From Enoplolaimus lenunculus (Eukaryota): a stretch of DNA of 64,000 nucleotides. Location: positions 310,001-374,000 of the forward strand of contig JASANG010000611.1 of NCBI GenBank assembly GCA_030248215.1, in the 5' to 3' direction. A model generated the notes under the pieces. The model ran no database searches, was not told where the DNA came from, and saw only the letters and a program-made list of their open reading frames with translations. The position numbers and the translations under genes are program-made. Of this stretch, positions 38,701 to 49,700 are shown in pieces (the first letter of the stretch is position 1; each line of letters starts with the position of its first letter).

Positions 38701-41700
38701 CCTGATATATTTCTTTAATTCATATTGGAACCAACGCTTCCTGATATATTTCTTAAATTTATATTGGAACCAAACCTTCCTGATACATTTCTTTCTTAAA
38801 TTCATTAGAGCCAAAGATTCCTGATATATTTCTTTAATTCATATTGGAGCCAAAGCTTCCTGATATATTTCTTAAATTCATTTTGGAACCAAAGCTTCCT
38901 GATATATTTCTTTCTTAAAATTCATTAGAACCAAAGCTTCCTGATATATTTCTTTCTTAAAATTCATTAGAACCAAAGATTCCTGATATATTTCTTTAAT
39001 TCATATTGGAACCAAAGCTTCCTGATATATTTCTTAAATTTATATTGGGACCAAACCTTCCTGACATAATTCTTTCTTAAACTCGTTAAAACCAAACCTT
39101 CCTGATATATTTCTTAAATTCATTTTGGAACCAAAGCTTCCTGATATATTTCTTTCTTAAAATTCATTAGAACCAAAGATTCCTGATATATTTCTTTAAT
39201 TCATATTGGAACCAAAGCTTCCTGATATATTTCTTAAATTTATATTGGGACCAAACCTTCCTGACATAATTCTTTCTTAAACTCGTTAAAACCAAAGCTT
39301 CCTGATATATTTCTTAAATTCATATTGGAACCAAACCTTCTGATATATTTCTTAAATTCATATTGGAACCAAACCTTCTGATATATTTCTTAAATTCATA
39401 TTGGAACCAAACCTTCTGATATATTTCTTAAATTCATATTGGAACCAAACCTTCTGATATATTTCTTTAATTCATATTGGAACCAAACCTCTTTAAATTC
39501 ATATTGGAACCAAACCTTCTGATATATTTCTTTAATTCATATTGGAACCAAACCTTCTGATATATTTCTTAAATTCATATTGGAACCAAACCTTCTGATA
39601 TATTTCTTAAATTCATATTGGAACCAAACCTTCTGATATATTTCTTAAATTCATATTGGAACCAAACCTTCTGATATATTTCATTAATTCATATTGGAAC
39701 CAAACCTTCTGATATGTTTCTTAAATTCATATGGGAACCAAACCTTCTGATATATTTCTTAAATTCATTTGGGAACCAAACCTTCTGATATATTTCTTAA
39801 ATTCATATTGGAACCAAAGCTTCCTGATATATTTCTTAAATTGATAGGAATTAAAATCCATGATATTGTCCGTGTGGCAACTGATCCCAGCACAGTGGAC
39901 GCTGAAGGACGCCGCCAGAGCTTACAATCGTTGACACTGCATTTACAAAATGCGCTCAGGTAACTGTTTTTGGTACAGTCTCACCCTCCACAACACAAAT
40001 ATGAGGGGATTTGTCCACTTGTAACATAAAAATGCTTTGTTTTCTTGTTTAAAAAACTAGTTTCTAATGCGAAAATGTTTCGTCAATTTTGCGTTATGTA
40101 TTTAAGGGGGGCTGCGGTTTCCTGCAATTTGAAGGGATACTGAGCAGGACCAAGCCCCTGAAGTAAGCATTTTATTTAAAGAGCGAAAATTATTGAAATA
40201 GTTTGAAATGTATTAGCGCGTAAGTATGAGAAGCGGTTAGTGCGGAGGGGGGACTTGGAAGGCAGCAGCCCCCATCCTGCGTAGTGTTCTTTAAAATCGC
40301 AAGAAGTTCATGGGGGCATCAGTCCACCTGAAAACGAAATTGTTCGGACGGGGGAACTTTTCCACTGTGAGGGGGCAACTACAAAAGTGGCATGTGTTTA
40401 ATATTGAAATAAAATTTAAAATTTTTATTGGAAAATGTGAAATTAAATCTTTTTGGTTATGTACCATTCAAAGTTTCGTTCTTAAAAGCAGGTCTGCGAT
40501 CGTTGTTTGGAATAAGGCGAAAATCTTTACTATCACGAGGCAAATATATCGTCGCCGCTGTACATTTTTGTTAAATAAAAAATCGCTCTTCGGAACAGAA
40601 CTGCAGTGTATCTAAAAGCAGGGTCTTTTACGCCTTATCTTTGTATATAGCAGGGTGGCACCGAATCTGCGATTTGACCGACTCCGAATCCGAATCCAGT
40701 GCTAATTTGCCGAAACCGAATCCGAATCCTGCATGTTACAAATTTCAGATATATCTATAATTTGTTTCAGAATATCAACGCACTGCCAGTCGTATAACTT
40801 TTAATACGTTAATATATTTCGTCCCGACGTCAGTTCTGAGATTTCTCACCTAAAATAAAAAATATTGATTTTTATAGCAAAGTATTTAAAAATTTTATTG
40901 CTTAAAAATGAAAAAACATATTGCCGAACTTTGTTGGATTCAGCTTTTGGATTCGGCATTTTCATAACTGAATCCGAATCTGAACCTCAAATTTTTGCCG
41001 ATTCCGAACCTTTGTTGCCACCATGGTATATAGGTTAAGCTTTGGCGCATAGTATGTCATTTACTACACCTAAGCTTAAGCGTAAATGTGGGTAAAAAGT
41101 GTACTAAAACGATAATCACGCAGGCCAATGTATAGAACAGGTCTGTAACAGTAGTATAAGTATATTCCTAACACCTAACTCTAAGCCTAACGCCTAAGCC
41201 TAAGCGCAAGAATTAGGTAGTTTATACCTAAGCCTAAGCCGAAGCAAAAAATAAGTCCAAAGCGTAAGCTTACTCTATATGGCATTTAGTCAGACAAACG
41301 TTCCTCCCCTGATCTTTACATGGGCCATTACATTTGATGTCTCATTTGGAATTCCTTTTGGATTTCAGATTTCATCGCCGCGTTATTAAGAAAAGTTTTC
41401 GGCCTCATAAATATTTGATTCCACTCAATTTGCCGTACACTGCCGGTTTTGTCACATTCATGTACTTGTTTGTTAAACTAATGTATTTGGCGAACGTATT
41501 CCTACAACTTTACCTTATGTCAATTTTTCTGGGTTCTGAACATTATTCGCACTTTGGAACCGATGCAATTCAGCAGCTATTTGACGGATCATCGTGGGAA
41601 CATTCAGGATTTTTCCCACGCGTCACGTTATGCGACTTTAAGGTAGTTCATTTTAACGTTAAAGAGCATAGACAGACAATTATAGCAAAATGACAAGTTT

Positions 41701-43858
41701 GAATGGCTGGAACAAGACTATTTCGGAAATAAGCAAAGATGTTACGAATACATTCTCTTCAAGTTGGTGCGTTTTCTAACGCTAAGTTTTTTAACTTTAG
41801 CTGCTGTTAACTACTCGCCGCACGACTTTAAATAATTTTTGTTGATTCAAGGATGACAAGAAATCTCAGTTTGGCAGAAATTATAGCCGATTGGGTCACA
41901 AAAGGGGTGCTGTACGCTGCAACCAAACCTACGCCTACGAATAAGCCCAACTTAGGCCAAAATATAAAATTTCGAAAAACGAAATGGAAGCGTACAAAAG
42001 CTAACAAATCCATTATCTCTCAACGTTATTGCGCATTTTATTTCAATGAATGACTGCGCTGTACCTCAAGATACCGAAAATACCGTAACCTGTTTGCGAA
42101 TTTAATTTCAGGTGCGCGCCCTTGGCAGCAATGTCCAACGTTACACTGTCCAGTGTGTGCTGGTTATAAATATTTTCAACGAGAAAATATTTGTTTTCCT
42201 TTGGTTTTGGCTTGCAATTTTGGCTGCGCTGACGTCGCTGTCAATCTTATACTGGACCATAATAATGCTATTTCCACCGTTTTCAAGGTGGTTCATTTCC
42301 AGGTAGTCATTTTGTTCGTTATGTCGATGATGACACTTTGAGCAAGATTGTACAACTTTCTCGAACCAATACGCTTGGTGTAAAAAGTACCACCGCGCGT
42401 TGCGTTTTGCCTACACCAGCCTCTCATTTAAGTTGGAGTCAATTTCATACAGAACACAGCTACACTGGAATTAAGAATATAAACAACGGACGTTTTACAC
42501 TGTGCATCGCAACAGTGTTTGTCGGCTTTCAACGTTTCAACATCCTCTAAATCAGGGTGTAAGGCAAAAACGCAACGCGTGCGGGTACATTCTCTCCTAT
42601 AGGTACATTCTCTCCTATACAAAATGTTTCCAGTTACATACTCTTGTTGACGTATTCATCATCTACTCTTGTTAATACGGAGTAATATTTTATTGATAAC
42701 TGTCGTGATGGGATTGTTTGACTGGCACTATTCTTTTAGACTGGTTTAGATCTATGCGGCGTGTAAGCGAAAATTTTTGAGACGTACGGTGCCATCCGAC
42801 GCCCTATGTATGCAAGTTGCTGTGAAACTTGTAGTTTGTGGAGTTTTTTTAGACATCTGGAACTATCCGAAATGCCATTCGATCCACATGGTAACCGCAA
42901 AGACGTGGAACGCTTTGTTGTTGGCTATTTGAAAACTGACGGTGTGTTCCTTTTGCGTATGATTACATTACACGCCGGTATCATTTACGGCACAGATTTG
43001 GTGCTCAATTTATGGAAAGCGTTCTACGGAATTGAAGCGGTTGTCAAAAAGAAATCCCTCGATTCGGCGGCGGGCGGAACTGCGCCAACTTTGACACCGT
43101 CAATTAGTAAGACCCCATCGGCAGCTGGGCCTATACCGACGAAGCCTGAGGTCAGTGTTTTAAACATCTTTAGACGACGCCGTCGTCAATCTAAATCACC
43201 AACGCAACCACTTCAAACTGTTTATCCGATCGCACTAACTTTGCGCGCTTCTGATCAGAAGCTCGGCAAAGGCAACCGCACAACAGATGGAGGTGCAACT
43301 CAAACCAATGCTACAGAATTGGTCAAAGTACTAATTCCTGACGGTTCAGGAGGTATAACTGAAGCGTACGTGTTGCGCAGTGCGTTAGAAGACGGTGGCG
43401 ACGATGAAAATAACAACAACAGCAACAGTAAAATTGGCGGGTCAGCAAAAGCAAGTGAGGCTGTCTGTGACTCAGAGGATGGCCAAGCGCAACCGAAAGC
43501 GCTAAAATCAATATCAGTGAAAGAAGACAGGCGGCGAGATACTCCACGGCTACGTCGACGTGTTATGTCGCAATATTCCGCAATGGATCCAGGCGACACT
43601 GGTGAAGAACGGTTTGGCAAAGCGGCGCCAACCGCTGTAAGAGCGTTAACTGGCACCGGGCGAAGCGGTTTAAGCCAAGAAGATGATGGCGATGGTTATA
43701 GTTCAGATGAACATTCAACAAAGCAACAACGAGTGTCAAGTGGTAGCGGGGGACTGGCTAAATCAGTGGGATTGCTTTCGGTCGAACACAGTACGCACGA
43801 TGAAGAGAATAACAACAAAAGCGATGATGATCAGAAACTGCTGTTAAGTAATGTTTAA
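17600..43858 (+). CDS. inx-10: Innexin (gap junction protein), INX-10-like; three alternative first exons + five constant exons
   Basis: Constant exons 35845-36037 (YAENYCW..YYQWVPFFL), 39848-39959, 41369-41642 (FPRVTLCDF), 42112-42302 (QCVLVINIFNEKIF), 42853-43858 (YLKTDGVF, long tail, TAA). Phases 0/1/2/0/2 are consistent. The gene symbol is from recalled similarity to C. elegans INX-10 and is less certain than the family call. Confidence 0.9.
18856..19316. mobile_element. Old hAT-like MITE
   Basis: TAGACTGG...CCACTCTG ends, internal ACCCG/CGGGTA subrepeats; same family as 43903-44308. Confidence 0.5.
19551..19717. mobile_element. Short hAT-like MITE
   Basis: CAGGGGCGTA...TACACCTCTG TIR; degenerate 8-bp TSD tttgcgct/atagcgct. 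Confidence 0.5.
21065..22670 (+). repeat. GC-rich satellite, ~45-bp unit with two interspersed variants
   Basis: Unit CAGCTTCGAGCCTATGTTTTTGCTGGGTCGGGCGGGACAGCCGGGA and variant CAGCTTCGAGCGTGTGTTTTCGTTGGGTCGGTCGGGACAGTCGGGA. Confidence 0.95.
23236..23470 (-). repeat. Inverted block of the same satellite
   Basis: GCTCGAAGCTGTCCCGACCGACCCAGCAAAAA is the reverse complement of the unit above. Confidence 0.9.
26158..26418. mobile_element. piggyBac-like MITE
   Basis: TTAA|CCCCTTCTCA...TGAGAAAGGG|TTAA. Confidence 0.65.
27327..28251. mobile_element. TA-flanked MITE with internal tandem repeats
   Basis: TA|CACACAACATAAATAGTCTT...AAGACGATTTATTTTGTGTG|TA; ~90-bp tandem units at ~27535-27950. Confidence 0.7.
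29463..29651 (+). CDS. Innexin alternative first exon B
   Basis: MIESLISAVASL..DDDDIDRLHYFLTSNLL..KQFGDAPIEC..GYEE, then GTAACG donor, phase 0, 63 codons. Confidence 0.85.
31219..31500 (+). repeat. 24-bp minisatellite built from TTAGGC hexamers
   Basis: (CTTGGTCTTAGGCTTAGGCAAAGA) about 11-12 copies. Confidence 0.95.
32966..33157 (+). CDS. Innexin alternative first exon C
   Basis: MKASLIEILKTLV..DHLNTLNHAITSNLL..KQYGGKPIECMVPKRFPTAWEE, then GTGCGT donor, phase 0, 64 codons. Confidence 0.85.
33394..33727. mobile_element. PIF/Harbinger-like MITE with internal 21-bp minisatellite
   Basis: TAA|GGGTTGCGCTATACTT...AAGTATAGCGTAACCC|TAA; (CCCGTACGGCGCTGTCCGTCC)n at ~33470-33670. Confidence 0.8.
33934..34056. 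mobile_element. 123-bp hAT-type MITE
   Basis: CAGTGGCGGATCCA...TGGATCCGCCATTG with perfect 8-bp TSD GAAACAGC. Confidence 0.85.
34377..34656. mobile_element. Palindromic MITE
   Basis: ATTCACACGTGC...GCACTTGTGAAT inverted ends and internal TAACTTGCACG/CGTGCAAGTTA. Confidence 0.55.
35010..35650. mobile_element. Foldback element with ~300-bp imperfect inverted arms
   Basis: TTTTGCATATTTGGGCTTCTCA/TGAGAAGCCCAAATATGCAAAA; ACGCAACATGCAGA/TCTGCATGTTGCGT; TGAGTCGAATGGTGTTAAAT/ATTTAACACCATTCGACTCA. Confidence 0.75.
36810..39843 (+). repeat. 3-kb intronic AT-rich satellite with 119-bp higher-order unit (37+39+43), 38-bp monomers at the 3' end
   Basis: Monomer TTCATATTGGAACCAAAGCTTCCTGATATATTTCTTAAA and variants; register shifts 1 nt per 120 nt. 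Confidence 0.97.
40651..41025. mobile_element. hAT-type MITE
   Basis: CAGGGTGGCA...TGCCACCATG, perfect 8-bp TSD GTATATAG, CCGAAT subrepeats. Confidence 0.85.
41123..41326. mobile_element. MITE family carrying GCCTAA (telomere-type) tracts
   Basis: GGCCAATGTA...TACATGGGCC ends; homologous copies at ~44692-44868 and ~53888-54093, partial at ~57840-57945, reverse at ~48890-49076. Confidence 0.7.
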
Positions 43859-43902
43859 TACAGTAACCAGAACTGCGACAATGAAACAATCAGTATTAGG
43901 AT

Positions 43903-44308
43903 TAGAGTGGGATGACGGCATTGATTTTTGGTCTGACCCACGCTTAACCAGCGCAGGTACCAATTTTTTAACCCGCGGGTATGCACGCGTTAAAAACTTT
44001 ACCCGCGTCCGACGTCTTCCGAGCATTTTACAAAAATCGTTGCAGCTACGTTTTGGTAATGTTTCCTGTTATTGCTCCAACGAAATTACACATGAAAGTT
44101 TATCAAAAACTACAAAATGTCAATCCCAAACTAAATTAAGCGACAGAATTGTATTTTTTGCAAGTCATCTTTTAAAATTTGGAGAGGGTAAAGGCTATTA
44201 TAATAATTACCCATGTGATACAAAGTATTGCCCGCGGTTTAACCCACGTCTGAAATTTTTATCCAGCCTTCGTTAACCGCAGGCATCTGCAAGTTGAGCT
44301 CCACTCTG
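43903..44308. mobile_element. hAT-type MITE just 3' of the innexin stop codon
   Basis: TAGAGTGG...CCACTCTG, TSD ATTAGGAT/ATTGGGAT (7/8). Confidence 0.7.
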
Positions 44309-45964
44309 ATTGGGATTATGAACGCTGGAGAAATACTGACAAGTTATTTGGTGAATATATGAGGCAGGCAAGGGCTATCTTTGTAATGTTCTGCAGAAAC
44401 GAGATAAAAAAGCGCTTATAGCGGTAATATATTCCTCGCTCGCATGTAAAAAAAGTCTGCTACATGAAATTATTCACGCCCGAAATGAAATCCATGGCGA
44501 CGCTCTTAGAGGTTTTATAGGTCAATATTAACGGTTTTATTGATGAATGTGACGGAAATTTAATTCCGGATCAGTGTGAAAAAATGAAATGATCTGTTGT
44601 GCTTGCGTAACGGTTGATTTGTTTGATATCAGTGCGTTAAACTTTTCAGCAACCTGTTCGTTACGTCTATGTCAAATGTGTTAGCAATTCAGGTCGTTGT
44701 ATAGAACACGGCCGTAACAGCAGAATAAGCATATTCCTAAATCTAAGCCTAAGGCGCAAGAATGAGCTTATACCTAAGTCTAAGCCAAAGCTAAAAATAG
44801 TTTAAAGCTTACGATTACTTTGTTGCAGTACCGCAGAAAAACGTCCGTCCCTTATTTTTCCATGGGCCGCAAGTTGAATCGCTGTAATGTATATTTCACA
44901 TAGGTTTGGATGTTTACGGTAACGTATTGGGTTTATAAAAAATGTACAAGGCAAATCAAAAATACTGATCGTATTTTAATAATTCAAACAGTAAAAATAA
45001 TAAATAACAAAATTGAACATTTTTAATTAACTCGTGCGTCCCAGTTTGAGTAGGATTACTTTTACGAAAACAACAATGCATTGAGGAATTTTAGGAAAAC
45101 TTGAATATTTTAGTTTGAGATCAAATTTGCAAGATTCGTGCAACTTTAAGTTCTTTTGACAGAAATTTAGTCAAGTTTCTATACTTTAGCACATCGAAGT
45201 GTCAACATTATATTAAATAAGTACTTCAACGATCAAATTACAGTAGGAGTATCTATTTCGCACTTACATACTTTACACACTGCAGCCCACTAGCTTAAAC
45301 CTAAACCCAAACCTGACGACCGTATACGAAAGCCTAAATATATGTAAGCCTAATTCTAATCCTAAGTTATGCTAAAAAGCTGCAAAAATGTAAGAAAGTG
45401 AAATTGGGCAGGTATTACTGCAGTTCATTTTTACCATCCAGTTAACAGACTGTCTTAGAAGTAACACCACGTTGAGTATTCCATACAGTGAACAAGCAAA
45501 ACTTCAAACAAGCTTGTTTAACTATTTTACTGTAACTCTATTTGAATACAAAAGCCTAAATCTGTTTCTGGTACTTGTTTACTTTCAAAAATGTCTGATA
45601 TTTAACTCGATAGCAGGCAAAAGGCACCCTTGCTATAAAACGAAAGCTTCAACTTTTGTTAAATGTGGGAGACTTTATATTGTGGAGGGACAGTAAACGA
45701 ATACATTTCTAAATTTTGGTGTATTTATACTATATATTATAGAATCTCACCGGATATTTGGACACTTATAAAAAGTATCCGGATATGCGTGTAAAAAAAT
45801 TTTGGAACGATTTGCATTGCAATGTTTCACCACAAAAAATTTTAGCTGGAGCTAACGAAAAAGCGAGAGTATTGACGTGACAATTTCTATGAGTACACAC
45901 ACAACATTTTCTGATATCATTATGTTTAGTTATTTTAGCAAATATCTGCCTGTTTACATATGCA

Positions 45965-46146
45965 CAGGCCCCATCTGTCCCAACTGTTCTATCTGTCCCA
46001 ACTGTCCATCTGTCCCAACTGACCCATCTGTCCCATCTGTCTCATCTGTCCCAACTGTCCCGCTGTCCCAATTATATTTTTGGAATGTACTCCTGGTACA
46101 TTGCTGTCCTGGGAAAACGGGGCGGCCTTTAAAGTAACATTGGCCA
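45965..46146 (-). repeat. Short relative of the 21-kb satellite-bearing element (GGGACAG repeats)
   Basis: Reverse complement begins GGCCAATGTTACT..CCCGTTTTCCC..GGACAGCAA, as at 20996-21041, followed by ~9-bp GGGACAG repeats. Confidence 0.6.
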
Positions 46147-46370
46147 TATATAGTACATGTCTGAAAAATCTAAATCTTCAACGGAACCTCAAACTTTGCT
46201 GGCTGCTTGCTCAGAGATGTGACTGTTTACTAACCAATCGATGTGTGGCGCTATACTTTGCTGTGCCGGACGTCGCTGCGCGCCGCCACGCTATAAAGTA
46301 AAAATCACCACACTACTACGCAAAAAGGGCGCTGAACAAAACACTCTATATACATTGCTGCACTAAGTTA

Positions 46371-46589
46371 CACTGCAAAAAATTGGGAGTCAAATTAACT
46401 ATCTGGGAAATAGGCTTTTCCTGACTACACAAACTGAGTCAATTTTCGACTCCGCCAGGTCAAATTTGATACAGTGAATCGCTCAGTGAGTCGTATTTGA
46501 CTCTGGCGGAGTCGAATTTGACTCAGTTTGTCTAGTCAGGAAATGCCTATTTCACAGAGAGTCAATTTAACTCCCTGTTTTTTACAGTG
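46371..46589. mobile_element. TA-flanked palindromic MITE
   Basis: TA|CACTG...CAGTG|TA with ~100-bp inverted arms; half copy at ~17948-18049. Confidence 0.8.
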
Positions 46590-46751
46590 TATTACACCAG
46601 TGACATATCCAAGCATGGTACCCAGGCCTAGCTCTATAACAAATTTATCGTAAATTAGTATTAAGATTTAGCACTAAAAGTACGTTTGGGTTTCTATGCG
46701 AGCAATTCTCACAACGTCACGCGTGCCCTGTAAATAATTCTGGATCAAAGG

Positions 46752-49700
46752 TTAAAGTGTATATCGATTAGTAGCAACGTGTCGGTAAAAATTTTTAAAT
46801 TCACGGTGTAACAACGCGCCATTGCTACTAAGTCTCCGGTCAGAATCCCCGTAGCTATTTTTCGTTTTCGTTGCAGTTCTGGCTTGAATAAATGACGAAG
46901 TTCGAGTGTTTGTGTTTGTTTTCAAATCATTATCTTGGTTGAGAGAACTTAAGGTTTCTTCGCTTGACAATGGGCTATCGTTTAGTGTTGGTTGATGTTC
47001 GACGTTCAGTGGCTTGAAATCATGGTTTGCTGGTGAGGTAGGTCTATCTTGATCAGCACGATTCTGGCGATTCAACGGGTTAGAGGCGCGACGTCTTGCT
47101 GTTCTGTACGGTTGATGGGAATGAGGTTTATATCGCGATGGGGGATCGCGGTACGGTACGTGGCTTATTTGATGGCTAGGGTCACACACACCGCACGTGA
47201 CTCTACAATTCCAATTCATGTAGAAAATGCTGTCAGTGGCAGTGCATTTACCGTGAGCACGCCAGCGGTCACACTCACCGGCGTGTAATTCGTAGTCACG
47301 GCACGATAACTCTGAAAAGAATTACAGTGTGTCGATTATAACACCATTGTTAGGACTACCGGACTTTATAGTGGTCTCGTAATAGAGCCTGTGCGCAGTA
47401 TAACGTGCATGGCACATAACTGACAATATTAAATGTTCAATCTTTGAATACTGTAGTGACTGGAATAAGAGAGGGGGGCGGACTAATATTTATTTGGCCT
47501 CTCCAAAAGGTACCCCCTTGTTATTCGGTTACGGACTGTTATTTATTTTTAACCCACTCTCCGCCGCCCTTCGTTACTGATATATATCCGGTACTGCAAT
47601 TATCCGTTGAATTTAACGTTTGTCTCGTGTCAATAGCTTGAGCGATAATATAGGGTTTATACTTAGGAATGTACTTTCAAAATTTAAGCACGTTTTAAAG
47701 TTTCGAACTCAAATTATTTGGTCCTGGAGTAATTTATGCGCTACAATTATGGTTAATTGACATTTATGCGTGATTCAGTGTTATAATCGGGGCAGGCGGA
47801 ACAAGGTTTGTCCCATGTTGATTCACGTCAACGCTAAAATTCGAGCACTCATATCGGGTGAACAGGCAAAACTCCAATTTCATATGACATTTACTTACAT
47901 ACCACCGCTCTTAGAAGATCACTAGTGCAACCCAATAGGCTAATAGGGACAAAATATATCCCAAACTGCCCCGGTTATAACGTGAAGCCCGCATTATGGA
48001 CTCTAATTAGGGTTTAGGGACTCAATCCGCTTACGGACTCTTATTAGGGATACGGACTCCTATTGATTCGGACTCAAAATGGGAACCCCCGCTCTTATTA
48101 CCCCCTCTTACTCGGGTCAGTACAGGACCGTAAGCTGGATGGCTTCCATTAATCAGACTGCCGAAATCGAAGCTTGCTGAATAATTAAAGTTCTTACCAG
48201 GAAAAAGCGTAACTTTCGGACAAGCTAAACACGATCCACGACATGCCTTCATCATCCAATGTGGGTTGTTGTAACATTCACCGATCAGTGTCCAGAACGG
48301 GCACAAGGGATGCTGATTGTAGCAATCTGAAAAATCGAATAAGATAACGTTGAAAGTTACCCAGGGCTTTCAAAGTTCAACAAGAAATTGCTGAATTGTC
48401 AGTAATGAACTAAGCCTATGTTAATTATTCGGTCTGGCTTACTGCTGCTAAAGCTAAACCCAAAGCGTAATCGTAAGCCTAAGCCTATGCCTGCCAGTCT
48501 ATTAGTCCTCCGGTACCGTATCTTTCAATGAGTAGGTCCCCAGGGTTAACATGGTCCGTGAATGTTTAAGTAATATTTCGGCGGTTAAAGCTTTTAGCTC
48601 GTCTTGTTTTTGAATTAAGGAAATGCCGACTTTTTCACTGGTATCCCTTTCCTTTCAATTGTAATCTATGTGGAATAGACATTGCCTTTCCATATCCCGT
48701 CTATTCGAAAATGTGATGCTAAGAACGAAACACCGTGTGATACGAATGACATCACATACCGAAACATGTGACCTCTGAAAGGCTATGTGATACTTTTCAC
48801 ACCTATAAAATTAGTGTTGTCGCAAACAGACCTTCTTGAAAACGATGAAACGCATATTGCCACTCTTTATGATCTAACAGCTATATATCAAAAGATAAGT
48901 GGCGGAACGTATTTTTGCGGGACTGCAACAGAGTAAGTTTAAGTTTTAGACTAATTTTTTGCTTTAAGTTTAGGTTTAGGTTTAAGCTCATTCTTACGCT
49001 TAGGCTTAGGTTTAATAGGCTTGGGCTTAGGAATATGCTGATACTATTGTTACGGTCCTGTTCTATACATTGGACCGTTTTGCCTTTTAATATTGTTATG
49101 TTACGTATCAGGGTTCAACCAAAAGTGAACAATACCAGAGCAGGAGCCGGAAATCAACATAACTTGCCAGATCCGTAAATGGAGATGAAACCGGAGTTGG
49201 GTCGAATTTCTGTAGTTAAACTGATGTTTTAAAATTGTTGGTTTTAGGCCTCCGGTTGAACCCTTTCACATATAATCAAGCAGAAACACTTTCTGCTTAA
49301 GACTTACGGTGTTCCGGAACCGCATACTCCGGTTGTCCGTTGGTTCCATACTTGTTCGGCTGTCTATAATGACCCATAGCACCCTTAGTAGCAATATTGG
49401 CCATCGCTGCAAGCGTTACATAACGCGCTAGATTTTGATTTGACGAAGATTTCGTTTGGTGATAAGTAGGTGGTACTGGACCAGATGGTTGGACTACTAC
49501 TTTCGGTCTGGTAGTTGTTGTTGTTGTCGTCGTAGTTATGCTTGGAATCGGACAGTCGGAGTTTCCTATACAAATTTTATAATGCAAAATTTTGTCGAGG
49601 TCAGATAAATAATCCGTTGCGAATGACCAATATACGCTCAGCAGTAGTGGTGAGCGTCAAATATTTTTTATCCGGGTACCTGGTAGCTCTCGTCAGATAA

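Noticed and set aside
45313..45335. Hammerhead-like CTGACGA...GAAA
   Set aside because: Stem II cannot close and no stems I/III were found
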